From: an uncultured Pseudomonadota bacterium
GTDB taxonomy: Bacteria; Bacillota; Sulfobacillia; JAUYEF01
DNA: 64,000 bases
Assembly: GCA_964417635.1 (NCBI GenBank)
Contig: CAYQIY010000008.1
Span: 46,461-110,460, forward strand
Direction of reading: 5' to 3'
Position numbers and translations under genes: made by a program
The notes under the pieces: model-generated
Seen by the model: only the letters and a program-made list of their open reading frames with translations
What the model was told of the DNA's origin: nothing
The model's database searches: none
Part shown: positions 27,463 through 37,427 of the stretch, piece by piece
Layout: every line of letters begins with the position of its first letter
Position numbering within the stretch: the first letter of the stretch is position 1

Positions 27463-28830
27463 ATGAAGGTAAACGTTGAAACGATCGAAACGAACAAGAT
27501 CAAGCTAGATGTCGAAGTCGACGCTTCCGAGTTTCAGAAGGCAATAGGTGAATCGTACAAGACTCTTGTTAAGAGGGCTAGCATTCCCGGATTTCGGAAA
27601 GGGAAGGCTCCGAAGCACATACTTGAGCGCTTCGTGGGCAAAGAAGCCCTTTACGAAGACGCTTTTGAGCGCCTTTTTCCGGAAGTGTACTCACAGGCGG
27701 TGATTGATGCAGGCATAGAACCTGTTGACGAGCCGCAGGTGAAGATCGAGCAGATGGAAGAGGGCAAACCTCTGCAGTTTGAGGCCGAAGTGGTTGTAAA
27801 GCCTGAAGTGGTGTTGGGTGACTACGACCAGGTGGCTGTCGCGAGAGCAAACGCAGAAGTTACGGCTGATGAGGTGGAGAAGGAGATAGACAGGCTGCTG
27901 GACAGGTACAGTCAGCTCGTGCCTGTCGAAGGACCCGTCGAAAACGGCCATTTCGCCACGATAGATTTCGAGGGTTTCGTGGATGAAGAGGCTTTTCCGG
28001 GCGGCAAAGCCGAAAACTATCCGCTGCACATCGGTTCGGGTGTTTTCGTACCGGGGTTTGAAGAAGGCGTAGTCGGGATGCAGAAGGGCGAAACGCGGGA
28101 CGTGCAGGCGACTTTTCCCGAGGAGTATCCGGAGGAAAGCCTTGCTGGCAAGCAGGCGACATTCGTTACCACCGTCAAGGAAATAAAAGTCAAAGAAGTG
28201 CCGGAGCTTACAGATGATTTGGTTAAGTCCAACAAGCTCGGCGAAAGCGTGGAGGAGCTGCGTTCTAGTATCGAGAATAGGCTGCTCAAAGACAAAGAAG
28301 AGAAGAGTAAGCGCGAGCACGAAAACCAAGTGCTAAAAGCAGTAAGCGACATGTGCACTGTTGAGATTCCAGAGGTCATGGTTGAGCGCAAGACAAACGA
28401 GATGCTGCAGAGGCTGGTTGAAAGGCTTCAGGCTATCGGGGTGACTCTTGAAGACTATCTCGCCAATACAGGTCGCGACATGCAATCGCTTCATTCTGAG
28501 TACAAAGAGGCAGCGGCTGAAGCGGTGAAGATTGACCTGGTGGTCGAGGCGGTTGCCAAGAAAGAGGGCATCGAGGCCACAGAAGAAGACATCGAATCGG
28601 CCATAGCGAATATTGCCGAGCGTTACGCTGAAAAGCCGGAAACAATAAGAGCTACACTTATGAAAGAAGATGCTATAGGAGGACTTCGGATTGGAGTAAT
28701 CTCTGACAAGACGATCGCGTATCTTTCGCAGAAGGCGAGAGAGAACGCGGCTAACAAGCCGGAAGAGGTCGATGCGGGTAGCACAGAATCGGCCGAAGAT
28801 GAAGACGCGGAGGAGACCAAGGCAGAATGA
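27463..28830 (+). CDS. tig: trigger factor
   Basis: The N-terminus is [19 protein letters not shown]. The GFRKGKAP ribosome-binding loop is present. The length is about 455 aa. The longest ORF starts at 27439. Confidence 0.9.
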   Translation: MKVNVETIETNKIKLDVEVDASEFQKAIGESYKTLVKRASIPGFRKGKAPKHILERFVGKEALYEDAFERLFPEVYSQAVIDAGIEPVDEPQVKIEQMEEGKPLQFEAEVVVKPEVVLGDYDQVAVARANAEVTADEVEKEIDRLLDRYSQLVPVEGPVENGHFATIDFEGFVDEEAFPGGKAENYPLHIGSGVFVPGFEEGVVGMQKGETRDVQATFPEEYPEESLAGKQATFVTTVKEIKVKEVPELTDDLVKSNKLGESVEELRSSIENRLLKDKEEKSKREHENQVLKAVSDMCTVEIPEVMVERKTNEMLQRLVERLQAIGVTLEDYLANTGRDMQSLHSEYKEAAAEAVKIDLVVEAVAKKEGIEATEEDIESAIANIAERYAEKPETIRATLMKEDAIGGLRIGVISDKTIAYLSQKARENAANKPEEVDAGSTESAEDEDAEETKAE

Positions 28831-28859
28831 GTGACTCAGTAAGCGAGGGAGGTACCAAT

Positions 28860-29459
28860 ATGAGCTATCTTGTGCCCATGGTTATTGAGCAGACGGCAAG
28901 GGGCGAGAGAGCTTATGACATCTATTCCAGGTTGCTCAAAGACCGCATAATATTTATAGGCACACCTATCGATGACCAAGTTGCCAATGTGGTTGTAGCT
29001 CAACTTCTGTTTTTGGAGGTCGAAGACCCGGATAGGGACGTGCACCTTTACATAAACTCTCCTGGTGGCTCGGTCAGCGCAGGTCTCGCGATATACGATA
29101 CGATGCAGTACATCAAGCCTGACGTATCGACGATCGGCGTGGGGCTCGCGGCGAGTATGGCAGCCGTGATCCTGGCAGGCGGTGCAAAGAGCAAGCGGTT
29201 TATGCTCCCTAACGCCAAGAGCTTGATCCATCAACCCATGGGTGGTGTGCAGGGTCAAGCCACAGAGATCGAGATCCACGCACGCGAGGTGCTTAAGACT
29301 CGCGAGCGGCTGAACCAGATTCTTAGCGATCACACCGGACAGCCGTTGGAGAGGATCAAAAAAGACACCGACCGCGATTTCTTCATGACCGCCCAAGAGT
29401 CGATAGACTACGGGCTGGTGGATCAGATTCTTGTTCCCAGAGCGCGTGCTGGCCGGTAG
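28860..29459 (+). CDS. clpP: ATP-dependent Clp protease proteolytic subunit
   Basis: [32 protein letters not shown] ... the GxSxSAG/LAASMA active-site region. GAGGGAGG lies 7 nt upstream of the ATG at 28860. Confidence 0.9.
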   Translation: MSYLVPMVIEQTARGERAYDIYSRLLKDRIIFIGTPIDDQVANVVVAQLLFLEVEDPDRDVHLYINSPGGSVSAGLAIYDTMQYIKPDVSTIGVGLAASMAAVILAGGAKSKRFMLPNAKSLIHQPMGGVQGQATEIEIHAREVLKTRERLNQILSDHTGQPLERIKKDTDRDFFMTAQESIDYGLVDQILVPRARAGR

Positions 29460-29486
29460 GAAGAGTCGCTGAAAGGAGGTTCTGGG

Positions 29487-30749
29487 ATGTTCAAGTTCAG
29501 TGACGACAAAGGACAACTGAAGTGCTCTTTTTGTGGCAAGCTCCAGGAGCAGGTCAAAAGGCTTGTGGCAGGCCCAGGCGTCTACATCTGCGACGAGTGC
29601 ATTGAACTGTGCAACGAGATCATCGAGGAAGAACTGAGCGAAGAATCGGATTTCGAGCTTAAAGAGGTACCCAAGCCCAAAGAGATCAAGTGTTTTCTTG
29701 ACCAGTACGTAATAGGCCAGGAAAAGGCGAAGAAGACGCTCAGCGTTGCGGTTTACAACCATTATAAGCGTGTTAACATGGGTGGCAAATGCGAGGACGT
29801 TGAACTGCAGAAGTCCAATATCATCATGCTCGGTCCGACCGGTTGCGGTAAGACTTACCTGGCGCAGACACTCGCACGCATGCTTAACGTGCCGTTTGCG
29901 ATAGCAGACGCCACTTCTCTCACCGAGGCGGGCTATGTCGGAGAAGATGTCGAGAACATCCTGCTCAAGCTGGTGCAGGCTGCCGACTACGACGTAGAGA
30001 AAGCTGAGAAGGGTATCGTCTACATCGACGAGATAGACAAGATCGCTCGCAAGGCAGAAAACCCTTCAATAACCCGTGACGTGTCGGGTGAAGGAGTGCA
30101 GCAGGCGCTGCTCAAGATACTTGAAGGCACAGTTGCGAACGTGCCGCCGCAGGGGGGACGCAAGCATCCTCACCAGGAGTTCATTCAGGTGGATACGTCC
30201 AACATTCTGTTTATCTGCGGTGGTGCTTTTGAAGGTATCGACCGCATCATCCAGGCTCGAGTTGGACAGAAGATAATGGGCTTCGGGGCAGACATAAAAT
30301 CCAAGCAGGATAAGCGAATAGGAGATGTGCTTGACCAGATCCTGCCGCAAGACCTGTTGAAGTACGGCATGATACCCGAATTCGTCGGACGTATTCCTGT
30401 CATAGTCACGCTTGACGCGCTTGACGAAGAAGCTCTTAAGAAGATCTTGATCGAGCCGAAGAATGCGCTCACCAAGCAGTACCAGAGGTTTTTCGAGCTC
30501 GACGACATATCTCTTGAGTTCACTGAGGAAGCGATCGAGTGCATCGCCAAAGAGGCGCTCAAGCGACAGACAGGCGCGCGAGGACTTCGCTCGATCATCG
30601 AAGAGGCGATGCTTGAGGTCATGTACGAGACTCCTTCGAGAAGCGACATCACAAAGTGCCTCATAACGAAAGATGTCATCTTGAAGAAGGAACAGCCTAT
30701 CCTAATCACGCAGGACAGAAAGCAGAGAAAGCGTGAGGAGACGGCATAA
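29487..30749 (+). CDS. clpX: ATP-dependent Clp protease ATP-binding subunit ClpX
   Basis: The N-terminal Zn-binding domain is CSFCGK ... CDEC. Walker A is GPTGCGKT. The IGF-like loop is GFGA. Confidence 0.9.
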   Translation: MFKFSDDKGQLKCSFCGKLQEQVKRLVAGPGVYICDECIELCNEIIEEELSEESDFELKEVPKPKEIKCFLDQYVIGQEKAKKTLSVAVYNHYKRVNMGGKCEDVELQKSNIIMLGPTGCGKTYLAQTLARMLNVPFAIADATSLTEAGYVGEDVENILLKLVQAADYDVEKAEKGIVYIDEIDKIARKAENPSITRDVSGEGVQQALLKILEGTVANVPPQGGRKHPHQEFIQVDTSNILFICGGAFEGIDRIIQARVGQKIMGFGADIKSKQDKRIGDVLDQILPQDLLKYGMIPEFVGRIPVIVTLDALDEEALKKILIEPKNALTKQYQRFFELDDISLEFTEEAIECIAKEALKRQTGARGLRSIIEEAMLEVMYETPSRSDITKCLITKDVILKKEQPILITQDRKQRKREETA

Positions 30750-30778
30750 CCAAGTGTTTTTGGCAGTTTGCTGAGTGT

Positions 30779-30830
30779 AAACCCCCGCAACGAGGGATAA
30801 TACTCTCGTTGGATAGGGGGTTTCCGTTTT
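30779..30830 (+). terminator. long GC hairpin plus T-tract after clpX
   Basis: AAACCCCC ... (inner CAACGAG/CTCGTTG) ... GGGGGTTT is followed by CCGTTTT. Confidence 0.6.
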
Positions 30831-32484
30831 GCTCGGATTCAACGTGCTCACCTATATCCAGATATTCTTTGCCATAGTCATAGGGTTGTATTTCTTGAAC
30901 CTGCTGAAATCCCAGCAAGGAAGCAAGTTCGCCGTCGAGAGAGAGTCACGCAAGGAATCGGAGAGGCTAAGGCAGATGAGGCTTGTCAGGCTTTCAGAGC
31001 CTCTCGCCGAAAAGACGAGGCCTGCCAATTTTGACGAGATAATCGGTCAGACAGAAGGTCTGAAAGCGCTACGTGCCGCATTGTGCGGTCCTAATCCACA
31101 GCATGTAATAATCTATGGCCCTCCAGGAGTGGGAAAGACGGCAGCCGCAAGGCTTGTGCTCGAGGAGGCGAAGCAGCAACCCAATTCGCCTTTTAAGGAG
31201 TTCTCCAAGTTTGTGGAAATCGACGCCACAACAGCGCGGTTTGACGAGCGTGGCATAGCGGATCCGCTTATAGGCTCTGTGCACGACCCTATATACCAAG
31301 GAGCGGGCCCTATGGGTATGGCAGGAATACCGCAGCCCAAACCCGGAGCAGTAACCAAGGCGCATGGAGGAATCTTGTTCATCGACGAAATTGGGGAGTT
31401 GCATCCCATACAGATGAACAAGCTTCTGAAGGTGCTGGAGGACCGTAAGGTGTTCCTCGAAAGCGCTTACTACAACTCTGAAGACTCAAATGTGCCGAGC
31501 CATATCCACGACATGTTCGAAAACGGGTTACCTGCAGATTTTAGACTCGTCGGCGCCACCACGAGATTGCCCGAAGAGATACCGCCAGCCATAAGGTCAC
31601 GCTGCCTTGAGGTGTTCTTCAGACCGTTGCTACCGGATGAAGTTGGCGTAATCGCCATGAACGCATCGAAGAAGATAGGATACGAACTCGTTCTGGATGC
31701 GCTCGAAGTGGTCAAGAAGTATGCAACAAACGGGCGTGAAGCGGTCAACTTCGTGCAGCTTGCGGCCGGACTGGCGCTTTGGGCAAAGAGGCAAAGCATC
31801 AGTGTTGAGGACGTAGAATGGGTGGTATCAAGCGAGCAGCGCACGCCAAGACCCGAAAAGAAGATACCTCCACGTCCACAGGCAGGGCTTGCAAACGGGC
31901 TCGCAGTATACGGCCCCAACATGGCGATGCTGATCGAAGTGGAAGTGGAGACGATTCCCGCGTCGCGTGGCCAGGGCAAGATAACCGTGACAGGCATTAT
32001 TGAAGAAGAAGAAATCGGGGGACATGCGAGAAGGATGCGACGGAAGAGCACGGCAGTGGGTTCAGTAGAGAACGTGATCACCGTCCTAAGGCGCAGGCTT
32101 GACGCTGACCCACGCGACTACGACATCCATGTGAATTTTCCCGGAGGAGTACCTGTGGACGGTCCTTCAGCCGGTGCCGCGATGACTGTCGCAATATACT
32201 CTGCGCTAACAGGAGTACCTGTAGATAACAAGACTGCGATGACGGGTGAAGTGTCAATAAGGGGCCAGATCAAACCGGTAGGTGGCATAGTGGCAAAAGT
32301 CGCCGCGGCGCGCCAGGCCGGGGCGGAAAAGGTGGTGATACCGAAAGAGAACTGGCAAGAGATGTTTAAAGACCAGTCGGGGTTCCGCGTGATTCCCGTT
32401 GAGACAATAGAGCAGCTGTTAGAACATGCGCTGCTTCAACCGAGCGTGGCAGACGCCGTCGCGTGGGGCACTCAACACGCCTGA
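30829..32484 (+). CDS. lonB: LonB-type ATP-dependent Lon protease (N-terminal TM anchor, AAA+ module, Lon Ser-Lys protease domain)
   Basis: An N-terminal hydrophobic segment is present. Walker A is GPPGVGKT. The protease domain has PVDGPSAGAAMTVAIYSAL (Ser) and GGIVAKVAAAR (Lys). The position after tig-clpP-clpX matches the order in Firmicutes-like genomes. The start may be the GTG at 30841. Confidence 0.8.
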   Translation: MLGFNVLTYIQIFFAIVIGLYFLNLLKSQQGSKFAVERESRKESERLRQMRLVRLSEPLAEKTRPANFDEIIGQTEGLKALRAALCGPNPQHVIIYGPPGVGKTAAARLVLEEAKQQPNSPFKEFSKFVEIDATTARFDERGIADPLIGSVHDPIYQGAGPMGMAGIPQPKPGAVTKAHGGILFIDEIGELHPIQMNKLLKVLEDRKVFLESAYYNSEDSNVPSHIHDMFENGLPADFRLVGATTRLPEEIPPAIRSRCLEVFFRPLLPDEVGVIAMNASKKIGYELVLDALEVVKKYATNGREAVNFVQLAAGLALWAKRQSISVEDVEWVVSSEQRTPRPEKKIPPRPQAGLANGLAVYGPNMAMLIEVEVETIPASRGQGKITVTGIIEEEEIGGHARRMRRKSTAVGSVENVITVLRRRLDADPRDYDIHVNFPGGVPVDGPSAGAAMTVAIYSALTGVPVDNKTAMTGEVSIRGQIKPVGGIVAKVAAARQAGAEKVVIPKENWQEMFKDQSGFRVIPVETIEQLLEHALLQPSVADAVAWGTQHA

Positions 32485-32554
32485 CACTGCGTACGCTCTC
32501 TTACATCCGGATTTTCGTCGACAAGACTTCCCGCAGATACATCGGCCGTAGAAG

Positions 32555-33853
32555 GTGGAAATGCTACGCGGCACGAAGTTTATTGCGACAACGATGCGGG
32601 AAGTGATCGAAACGACAGAGCCTACCTCTACTCCAAAGACAGCCGACCAAAGACTGGGGAGCCGCTTCAGTAACGAGCAGATGTCATGGTTCTTGATGGC
32701 CACTCACGCTGTTGAGCACGTGCTTAGCGCAGCACTACCCCCGCTTTTTGTGCTCATCCAGCAGAATCTGGGTCTAAGCTATACTCAGGTAGGGTTGCTA
32801 TCTACCATGCGCTCTACTACTTCAGGTTTGGCGCAGGCACCCGTCGGGGTGCTGGTAGACAAGACCGGAGCAAAAAAACCACTTGCCATCGGGTTTGCGC
32901 TTGTCAGTTTGGCGCTACTGCTTTCGGGACTGGCGCCCAGCTATACCGTTTTGCTACTCGTGCAGATTATATCGGGTTTTGGTTCTAGCGCCTACCATCC
33001 TGCCACCTACTCGATTGTGACGAGACTTGCTAACGGAGCGCGCGTCGGAAAAAAACTCGCATTCCACACGTTCGGTGGTTTCGTGGGTACGACAGTCTCC
33101 TTTGTGGTTGTGGCGTTTTTGGGTGTGCGTTTTGGATGGCGCAACGCGCTGATCATATTAAGCATACCGGGTTTTGTGCTCGCATATCTATTCTGGCTTC
33201 TATTTGACATACCCAAGCAACAGCAAGAGAAGAAGCCTGAGGCCGCTCCTGCGGCCAAGAAGGCGGTGACAAGTGGCATTGTGGCGCTTGTCGGGGTGAC
33301 CACGGTACAAGGCATGTTCTCGAGAGGGTTATCTGCGTTCTTGCCCGTGTTCTTGGTTGCAGCGTACGGAATGAGCGTGCAACAAGCGGCGCTTTACGCC
33401 ACTCTTATGACTGGCACAGGTTGCCTGGGTCTTCTCGGCGGTGGCGTGATAGCAGACAAGTTCCCCAGGCCGAGAGTGCTGATGGTAGCGTCTCTGATGT
33501 TGTGTGCGACCAGCCTGGTGTTGGCGCAGTCTACGCTCACGCCTTTACTGCTTGCGCTCGTTCTTATGCTCTCAGGGCTTGCGCAGCATGGCTCGGGACC
33601 ATCGCAGACAGCTCTTGTGTCTGAGATAGGCCCCAAAGGCTCTCAGGGCTCGCTGTTTGGGCTAACATTCGCAGGCTCATTTCTGGGAGGCTCGCTTGTG
33701 ACCATAATCGCGGGTTGGATGGCTGATGCGCTAGGGGTGCGCTCAATCTTTGTGTTCTTGGCAGCGCTGGCGCTCACGAGAGCCGCAATGACGATACCTC
33801 TTGCGAGGATAGTATCGAGAACCAAAGAACAGGGTGTCGAAGTCTCTGGATGA
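32555..33853 (+). CDS. MFS transporter
   Basis: The protein has 12 TM helices and is 432 aa. Confidence 0.8.
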   Translation: MEMLRGTKFIATTMREVIETTEPTSTPKTADQRLGSRFSNEQMSWFLMATHAVEHVLSAALPPLFVLIQQNLGLSYTQVGLLSTMRSTTSGLAQAPVGVLVDKTGAKKPLAIGFALVSLALLLSGLAPSYTVLLLVQIISGFGSSAYHPATYSIVTRLANGARVGKKLAFHTFGGFVGTTVSFVVVAFLGVRFGWRNALIILSIPGFVLAYLFWLLFDIPKQQQEKKPEAAPAAKKAVTSGIVALVGVTTVQGMFSRGLSAFLPVFLVAAYGMSVQQAALYATLMTGTGCLGLLGGGVIADKFPRPRVLMVASLMLCATSLVLAQSTLTPLLLALVLMLSGLAQHGSGPSQTALVSEIGPKGSQGSLFGLTFAGSFLGGSLVTIIAGWMADALGVRSIFVFLAALALTRAAMTIPLARIVSRTKEQGVEVSG

Positions 33854-33897
33854 ATACGGTACGCAGGAGGAGAGCCGCTGACGCCCTCCTCCTGTTT

Positions 33898-34575
33898 CTA
33901 TGCCCTATCTATTCCGAGTACGACCAGCACTTCTCGGGGCGCGTTGAGGACGTAATCCGGGCGTTCGGCCAAGAGCGCAGAAGGCGGATCTGCGCCCCAC
34001 ATGGCAGCGGCAAATCGCATGCCAGCAGCTCTTGCCGAAAGTAGGTCGGCAGGAGCGTCTCCTACGGCCAGACATAGACCGGGTTCTACTCCGAGCCTTC
34101 TTGCGCCCGCTTCAAACGGAGCCGGATGCGGTTTGTTGTGAGGTGTGTCTTCTTGGCATATGACGGCGCCGAGCAATGCAGAAAGCCCCACCAAGTCAAG
34201 GTGCCGTCTGGTAATCGCCCCTGCCTTTGACGTCACAAGCGCTACAGGTATGCGCGCACGCTTTATGCGCGTGAGCGTGTCCAGCGCACCGTCGAAAGTC
34301 GAAAGCATTGCTGTTTCGTGCTCAAGCAGATGCTGCCTGTAAGTAACAAGCAGCCGCTCTACCTCGCTGTCTGATGAGTCTCGGCATTGCTCTTTGAGCA
34401 GCGTAACCATCATGGTCTTCAGCGGAAGCCCTATCAGTTGCTTGAAACGCGCTTTGGGCGGTTCGGCTTTGATGCACCTCTGCCATGCATAACAGAACGC
34501 GCGCATGATCAACGGTTTGGAGTCAAGTAGCGTGCCGTCAAGGTCGAATAGCACTGCTTCGAAAGTGCGACTCAT
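33898..34575 (-). CDS. HAD superfamily hydrolase (phosphoglycolate phosphatase/beta-phosphoglucomutase-like, subfamily IA)
   Basis: Motif I is VLFDLDGTLLDS. Motif III/IV are K ... GDAPADLLSARAAG. Confidence 0.8.
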   Translation of the reverse strand: MSRTFEAVLFDLDGTLLDSKPLIMRAFCYAWQRCIKAEPPKARFKQLIGLPLKTMMVTLLKEQCRDSSDSEVERLLVTYRQHLLEHETAMLSTFDGALDTLTRIKRARIPVALVTSKAGAITRRHLDLVGLSALLGAVICQEDTPHNKPHPAPFEAGARRLGVEPGLCLAVGDAPADLLSARAAGMRFAAAMWGADPPSALLAERPDYVLNAPREVLVVLGIDRA

Positions 34576-35318
34576 GCTTGCTTCTTGCGCAGTTTGCCGA
34601 CACTGGCCGCGTATATGACGAACCTGTCCTCACCATCCAAGCCGCAAATTGAGTTGATCATGTCGTCGTGGTAGGCTGCAATCCCGCAGCATCCAGCGTT
34701 CACTGCCTGTACTCCCAAGTAGAGGTTTTGGCAAATGTGTCCCGCGTCAAGATGCATGTATCTATATGCGCGCTCCCCGTATCGCCAGATGCTCCTGTAT
34801 GCTACCGCAACCCACAAAAACGTCACCGCACTATGACGAACCATTGCTTGTCCGTACAGCGCTTCGGTTACGCTGTCTCGAAGTTCGCGCGAACGCTTCA
34901 CGGCCACAAGCTTATGCGAAAGCGCTGCATAGCGGTAGAGGCCCGGTTCGAGCCCGGTGACGTTATTGACGAGCAGATAAGTCTCAAACGGATGCCTAGA
35001 GCCTGCAGAAGGAACGGTTCTGAGTGTGGCCGGGCGCCCGGAGACATACTTGACGCCTTGAGTTACCCAGAGCAGGTAAGCAAGGTCTTCGATGGAAAGT
35101 GGTTCATCAGAGTATTGACGCACGCTAACTCGCTCAACTATGGCTTCGCTAAGGTCAACGTTTCTGGGTCTAAGACTTGTAGGTGCGGGAAGGTCGTACA
35201 CTTCATCAGCGTCTTCGTACGCATCAGCCAAACTCGGCTGCGGAAGCCCTTTCACTTGATCGGAGTCGCCGAGATACTTGCACTTTGTCTTTTCCATGAA
35301 CTCTTGGCCCAATGACAA
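34572..35318 (-). CDS. SagB/ThcOx-type dehydrogenase domain protein (nitroreductase superfamily)
   Basis: RTVPSAGSRHPFETYLLV and GLYRY ... are present, with the C-terminal FMN-binding nitroreductase fold. The stop overlaps the HAD start. Confidence 0.7.
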   Translation of the reverse strand: MSLGQEFMEKTKCKYLGDSDQVKGLPQPSLADAYEDADEVYDLPAPTSLRPRNVDLSEAIVERVSVRQYSDEPLSIEDLAYLLWVTQGVKYVSGRPATLRTVPSAGSRHPFETYLLVNNVTGLEPGLYRYAALSHKLVAVKRSRELRDSVTEALYGQAMVRHSAVTFLWVAVAYRSIWRYGERAYRYMHLDAGHICQNLYLGVQAVNAGCCGIAAYHDDMINSICGLDGEDRFVIYAASVGKLRKKQA

Positions 35319-35451
35319 GGTATCACTCCTAACACACTAGACTTTGATCAGGTGTCCTGACAAATAGTGTTCGCCATGTGTTAGATATATCCCTCATGGG
35401 CGGAAACACTCTTATTGAACTCCATCTTTGTCTAATGCCGAGAGCAGTGCG

Positions 35452-37272
35452 TCAACCACCTGCGGATCGAATTGAGTGCCGCGATTTGAGAGCAGTTCGC
35501 GGATTTGCGCCGTCTAAGCCGAGGTTTTGCCGGTATGGCCTGTCTTGCGTCATGGCGTCAAACGCGTCTGCCACGGACACAATCTTCGCGCCGAGTGGTA
35601 TGCTTTCGCCTTTTAGTCCTTTGGCGTAGCCCTTGCCGTCAATTCGCTCGTGGTGGTACAGAATCACCTCAGAGACTTCGGGGAACAGCTTGGTTATCTG
35701 AGAACCGCGCACAGGGTGTGAGCGCACCACTGCCATCTCGTAAGCATCGAGGCTGCCGTGTCGGGTAAGCAAGTGATCCGGAAACGCGATCTTGCCTATG
35801 TCGTGCAGCATCCCAGCAAACCTAACTGTCTCAACCGCATGCGCGTCAAGCCCAAGCTCTTTGGCTACGGTGCATGCGAGCTTGCTAACCCTTTCGGAAT
35901 GACCGTGTGTGTACGGGTCTCTCGCATCGACGGCAGATGCGAGGCTTTGCACGGCGGACTCATAGAACTCGCGGAGCTTTTCTCGCGCCGCAACACTATG
36001 CGAGACATCTGTGAGCACGTTTACCCAGCCTATTACGCGAAAGCCTTCGGTGGCTACAGGCGCTGCGTACCACTTGTACGTCTTGCCGTCTATTTGAACC
36101 GTGTTGTCAAGGATGGTGCCCTGTCTAAGCGAAAGAGATTCGTCGAGATACCTGAGCTTGTGTGGTTCGTTAAGCCGCTTCTTCAAATGGGTTCGGAACA
36201 TGTCATACGGCATCCCGGTGAGCCGCTCGGTTTCTGTACCTATAAGCAGTGCGGCTTGGCTATTTGCCATTCGTATATTGCCGTCGCTGCCCAGCACGAA
36301 CACTGCAGATTCGGATGCGTCGAGCAAAGCTTCGAGTTCTCTTTCTCTTGTGGTTACCCGGTCTCTTAAGGATACCAATCTGAGCGCGAAACAACACAGC
36401 TCAGAGGCTATGTCGAGAAACAACCTGTCGGTAGCACCAACACCCCCAGGTGGGACAAACACCAGACGGCTCTGCTCATTGTCTTGAGAATCGGAGCACA
36501 CTGCAGTTTCGTATCCAACGATTGCGGATACAAGCGCCGCCGCTCTCTTAGGAAGACTCTGACTTGTCACTTCCGGCCAGCGTTCGTCTTCGAGAGAAGC
36601 AACAAGCGTACTCACCTGCTGTGAGCAGCGAAGCAACTGTTGCTCACGCCTGCGCAGCGAAGAGATGGTGAACTGGACTCCGGCAAGAAAAATGACCAGT
36701 GCAGTCGCCTGAGCCCACATGCGCTGAGCCAGAAACGAGGCCATCGCCCAGCCAGAGAGTGCAAAACAAGCTTCTTGGTGCATGCTGCACAGAGACTGCT
36801 TGAGCGGAAATTCGCTGCTCCCATAGCGAATTCTAAGCGCAGTGGTGGATAGCGCCCAGTTGAGCAAATGGGTGTACACCGCCACGATGAGCACTGCCAG
36901 CAGCGCGGGCAGTCGCTGCAATGTCACACACAGCAGCCCGGCAGTGTAGAAACACAGATGTGTGATGGAGTAATTCACGGCGGTGTGCAGCAGATTTCTG
37001 CGCGTGAGCGAAAGCAGTGCGGGCACCAGTGCGAGCCAGGTAGCCGACGCCGGACCGAACAGCCAGATGCCAGCATAAAGCGGAGCACTTACCACGAACA
37101 CGGCCTTTGTGTCCATCGAGCGAGCAATGCAGTAAAGCAACCCAAAGACGGCAGAGAGTGAGAGAGAAACTGTAAGCAAGTTGCGCTCAAAGGACACCCC
37201 GGACGTAAGAGCCGCTACCAATGACGCACCACAAAGCACGACTGCAAATCTGCGGTACTTCATCCTGCTCAT
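35452..37272 (-). CDS. membrane-anchored HD-GYP domain phosphodiesterase with an internal PAS-like sensor
   Basis: About 8 N-terminal TM helices are present. A PAS-like middle segment is present (VFVLGSDGNIRMANSQAALLIG). C-terminal HD-GYP motifs are HSERVSKLA ... MLHDIGKIAFP ... YHHERIDGKGYAKGL. Confidence 0.8.
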   Translation of the reverse strand: MSRMKYRRFAVVLCGASLVAALTSGVSFERNLLTVSLSLSAVFGLLYCIARSMDTKAVFVVSAPLYAGIWLFGPASATWLALVPALLSLTRRNLLHTAVNYSITHLCFYTAGLLCVTLQRLPALLAVLIVAVYTHLLNWALSTTALRIRYGSSEFPLKQSLCSMHQEACFALSGWAMASFLAQRMWAQATALVIFLAGVQFTISSLRRREQQLLRCSQQVSTLVASLEDERWPEVTSQSLPKRAAALVSAIVGYETAVCSDSQDNEQSRLVFVPPGGVGATDRLFLDIASELCCFALRLVSLRDRVTTRERELEALLDASESAVFVLGSDGNIRMANSQAALLIGTETERLTGMPYDMFRTHLKKRLNEPHKLRYLDESLSLRQGTILDNTVQIDGKTYKWYAAPVATEGFRVIGWVNVLTDVSHSVAAREKLREFYESAVQSLASAVDARDPYTHGHSERVSKLACTVAKELGLDAHAVETVRFAGMLHDIGKIAFPDHLLTRHGSLDAYEMAVVRSHPVRGSQITKLFPEVSEVILYHHERIDGKGYAKGLKGESIPLGAKIVSVADAFDAMTQDRPYRQNLGLDGANPRTALKSRHSIRSAGG

Positions 37273-37427
37273 CTAGGGCCTCCCGAAACAGATAAGGTCA
37301 ATATTTGTCGATAGATGCATGTCTTCCTTCTATATAAACAACGAAATTTCAGCCAATAAATCGTGCAGGTTTACTTGGTGTCGTGCCGAAAGCGTTGGGC
37401 AATACGCATCTGAGGGAGGAATATGGT

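Noticed and set aside
27691-28391. Long antisense ORFs (212 aa and 124 aa) inside the trigger factor gene
   Set aside because: They lie entirely within a confidently identified gene on the opposite strand. The products are low-complexity and R/L/F-rich, typical of GC-rich antisense frames. No RBS is present.
28836-29762. 308-aa minus-strand ORF opposite clpP/clpX
   Set aside because: It is antisense to two universally conserved genes. There is no recognisable domain. It is a compositional artefact.
30185-32081. Antisense ORFs opposite clpX (201 aa) and lonB (203 aa)
   Set aside because: Same reasoning. Ser/Pro-rich low-complexity translation opposite well-supported genes.
36101-36487. Plus-strand ORFs (128-203 aa) inside the HD-GYP gene region
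   Set aside because: They are antisense to a gene with unmistakable HD-GYP motifs. No RBS or conserved features are present.
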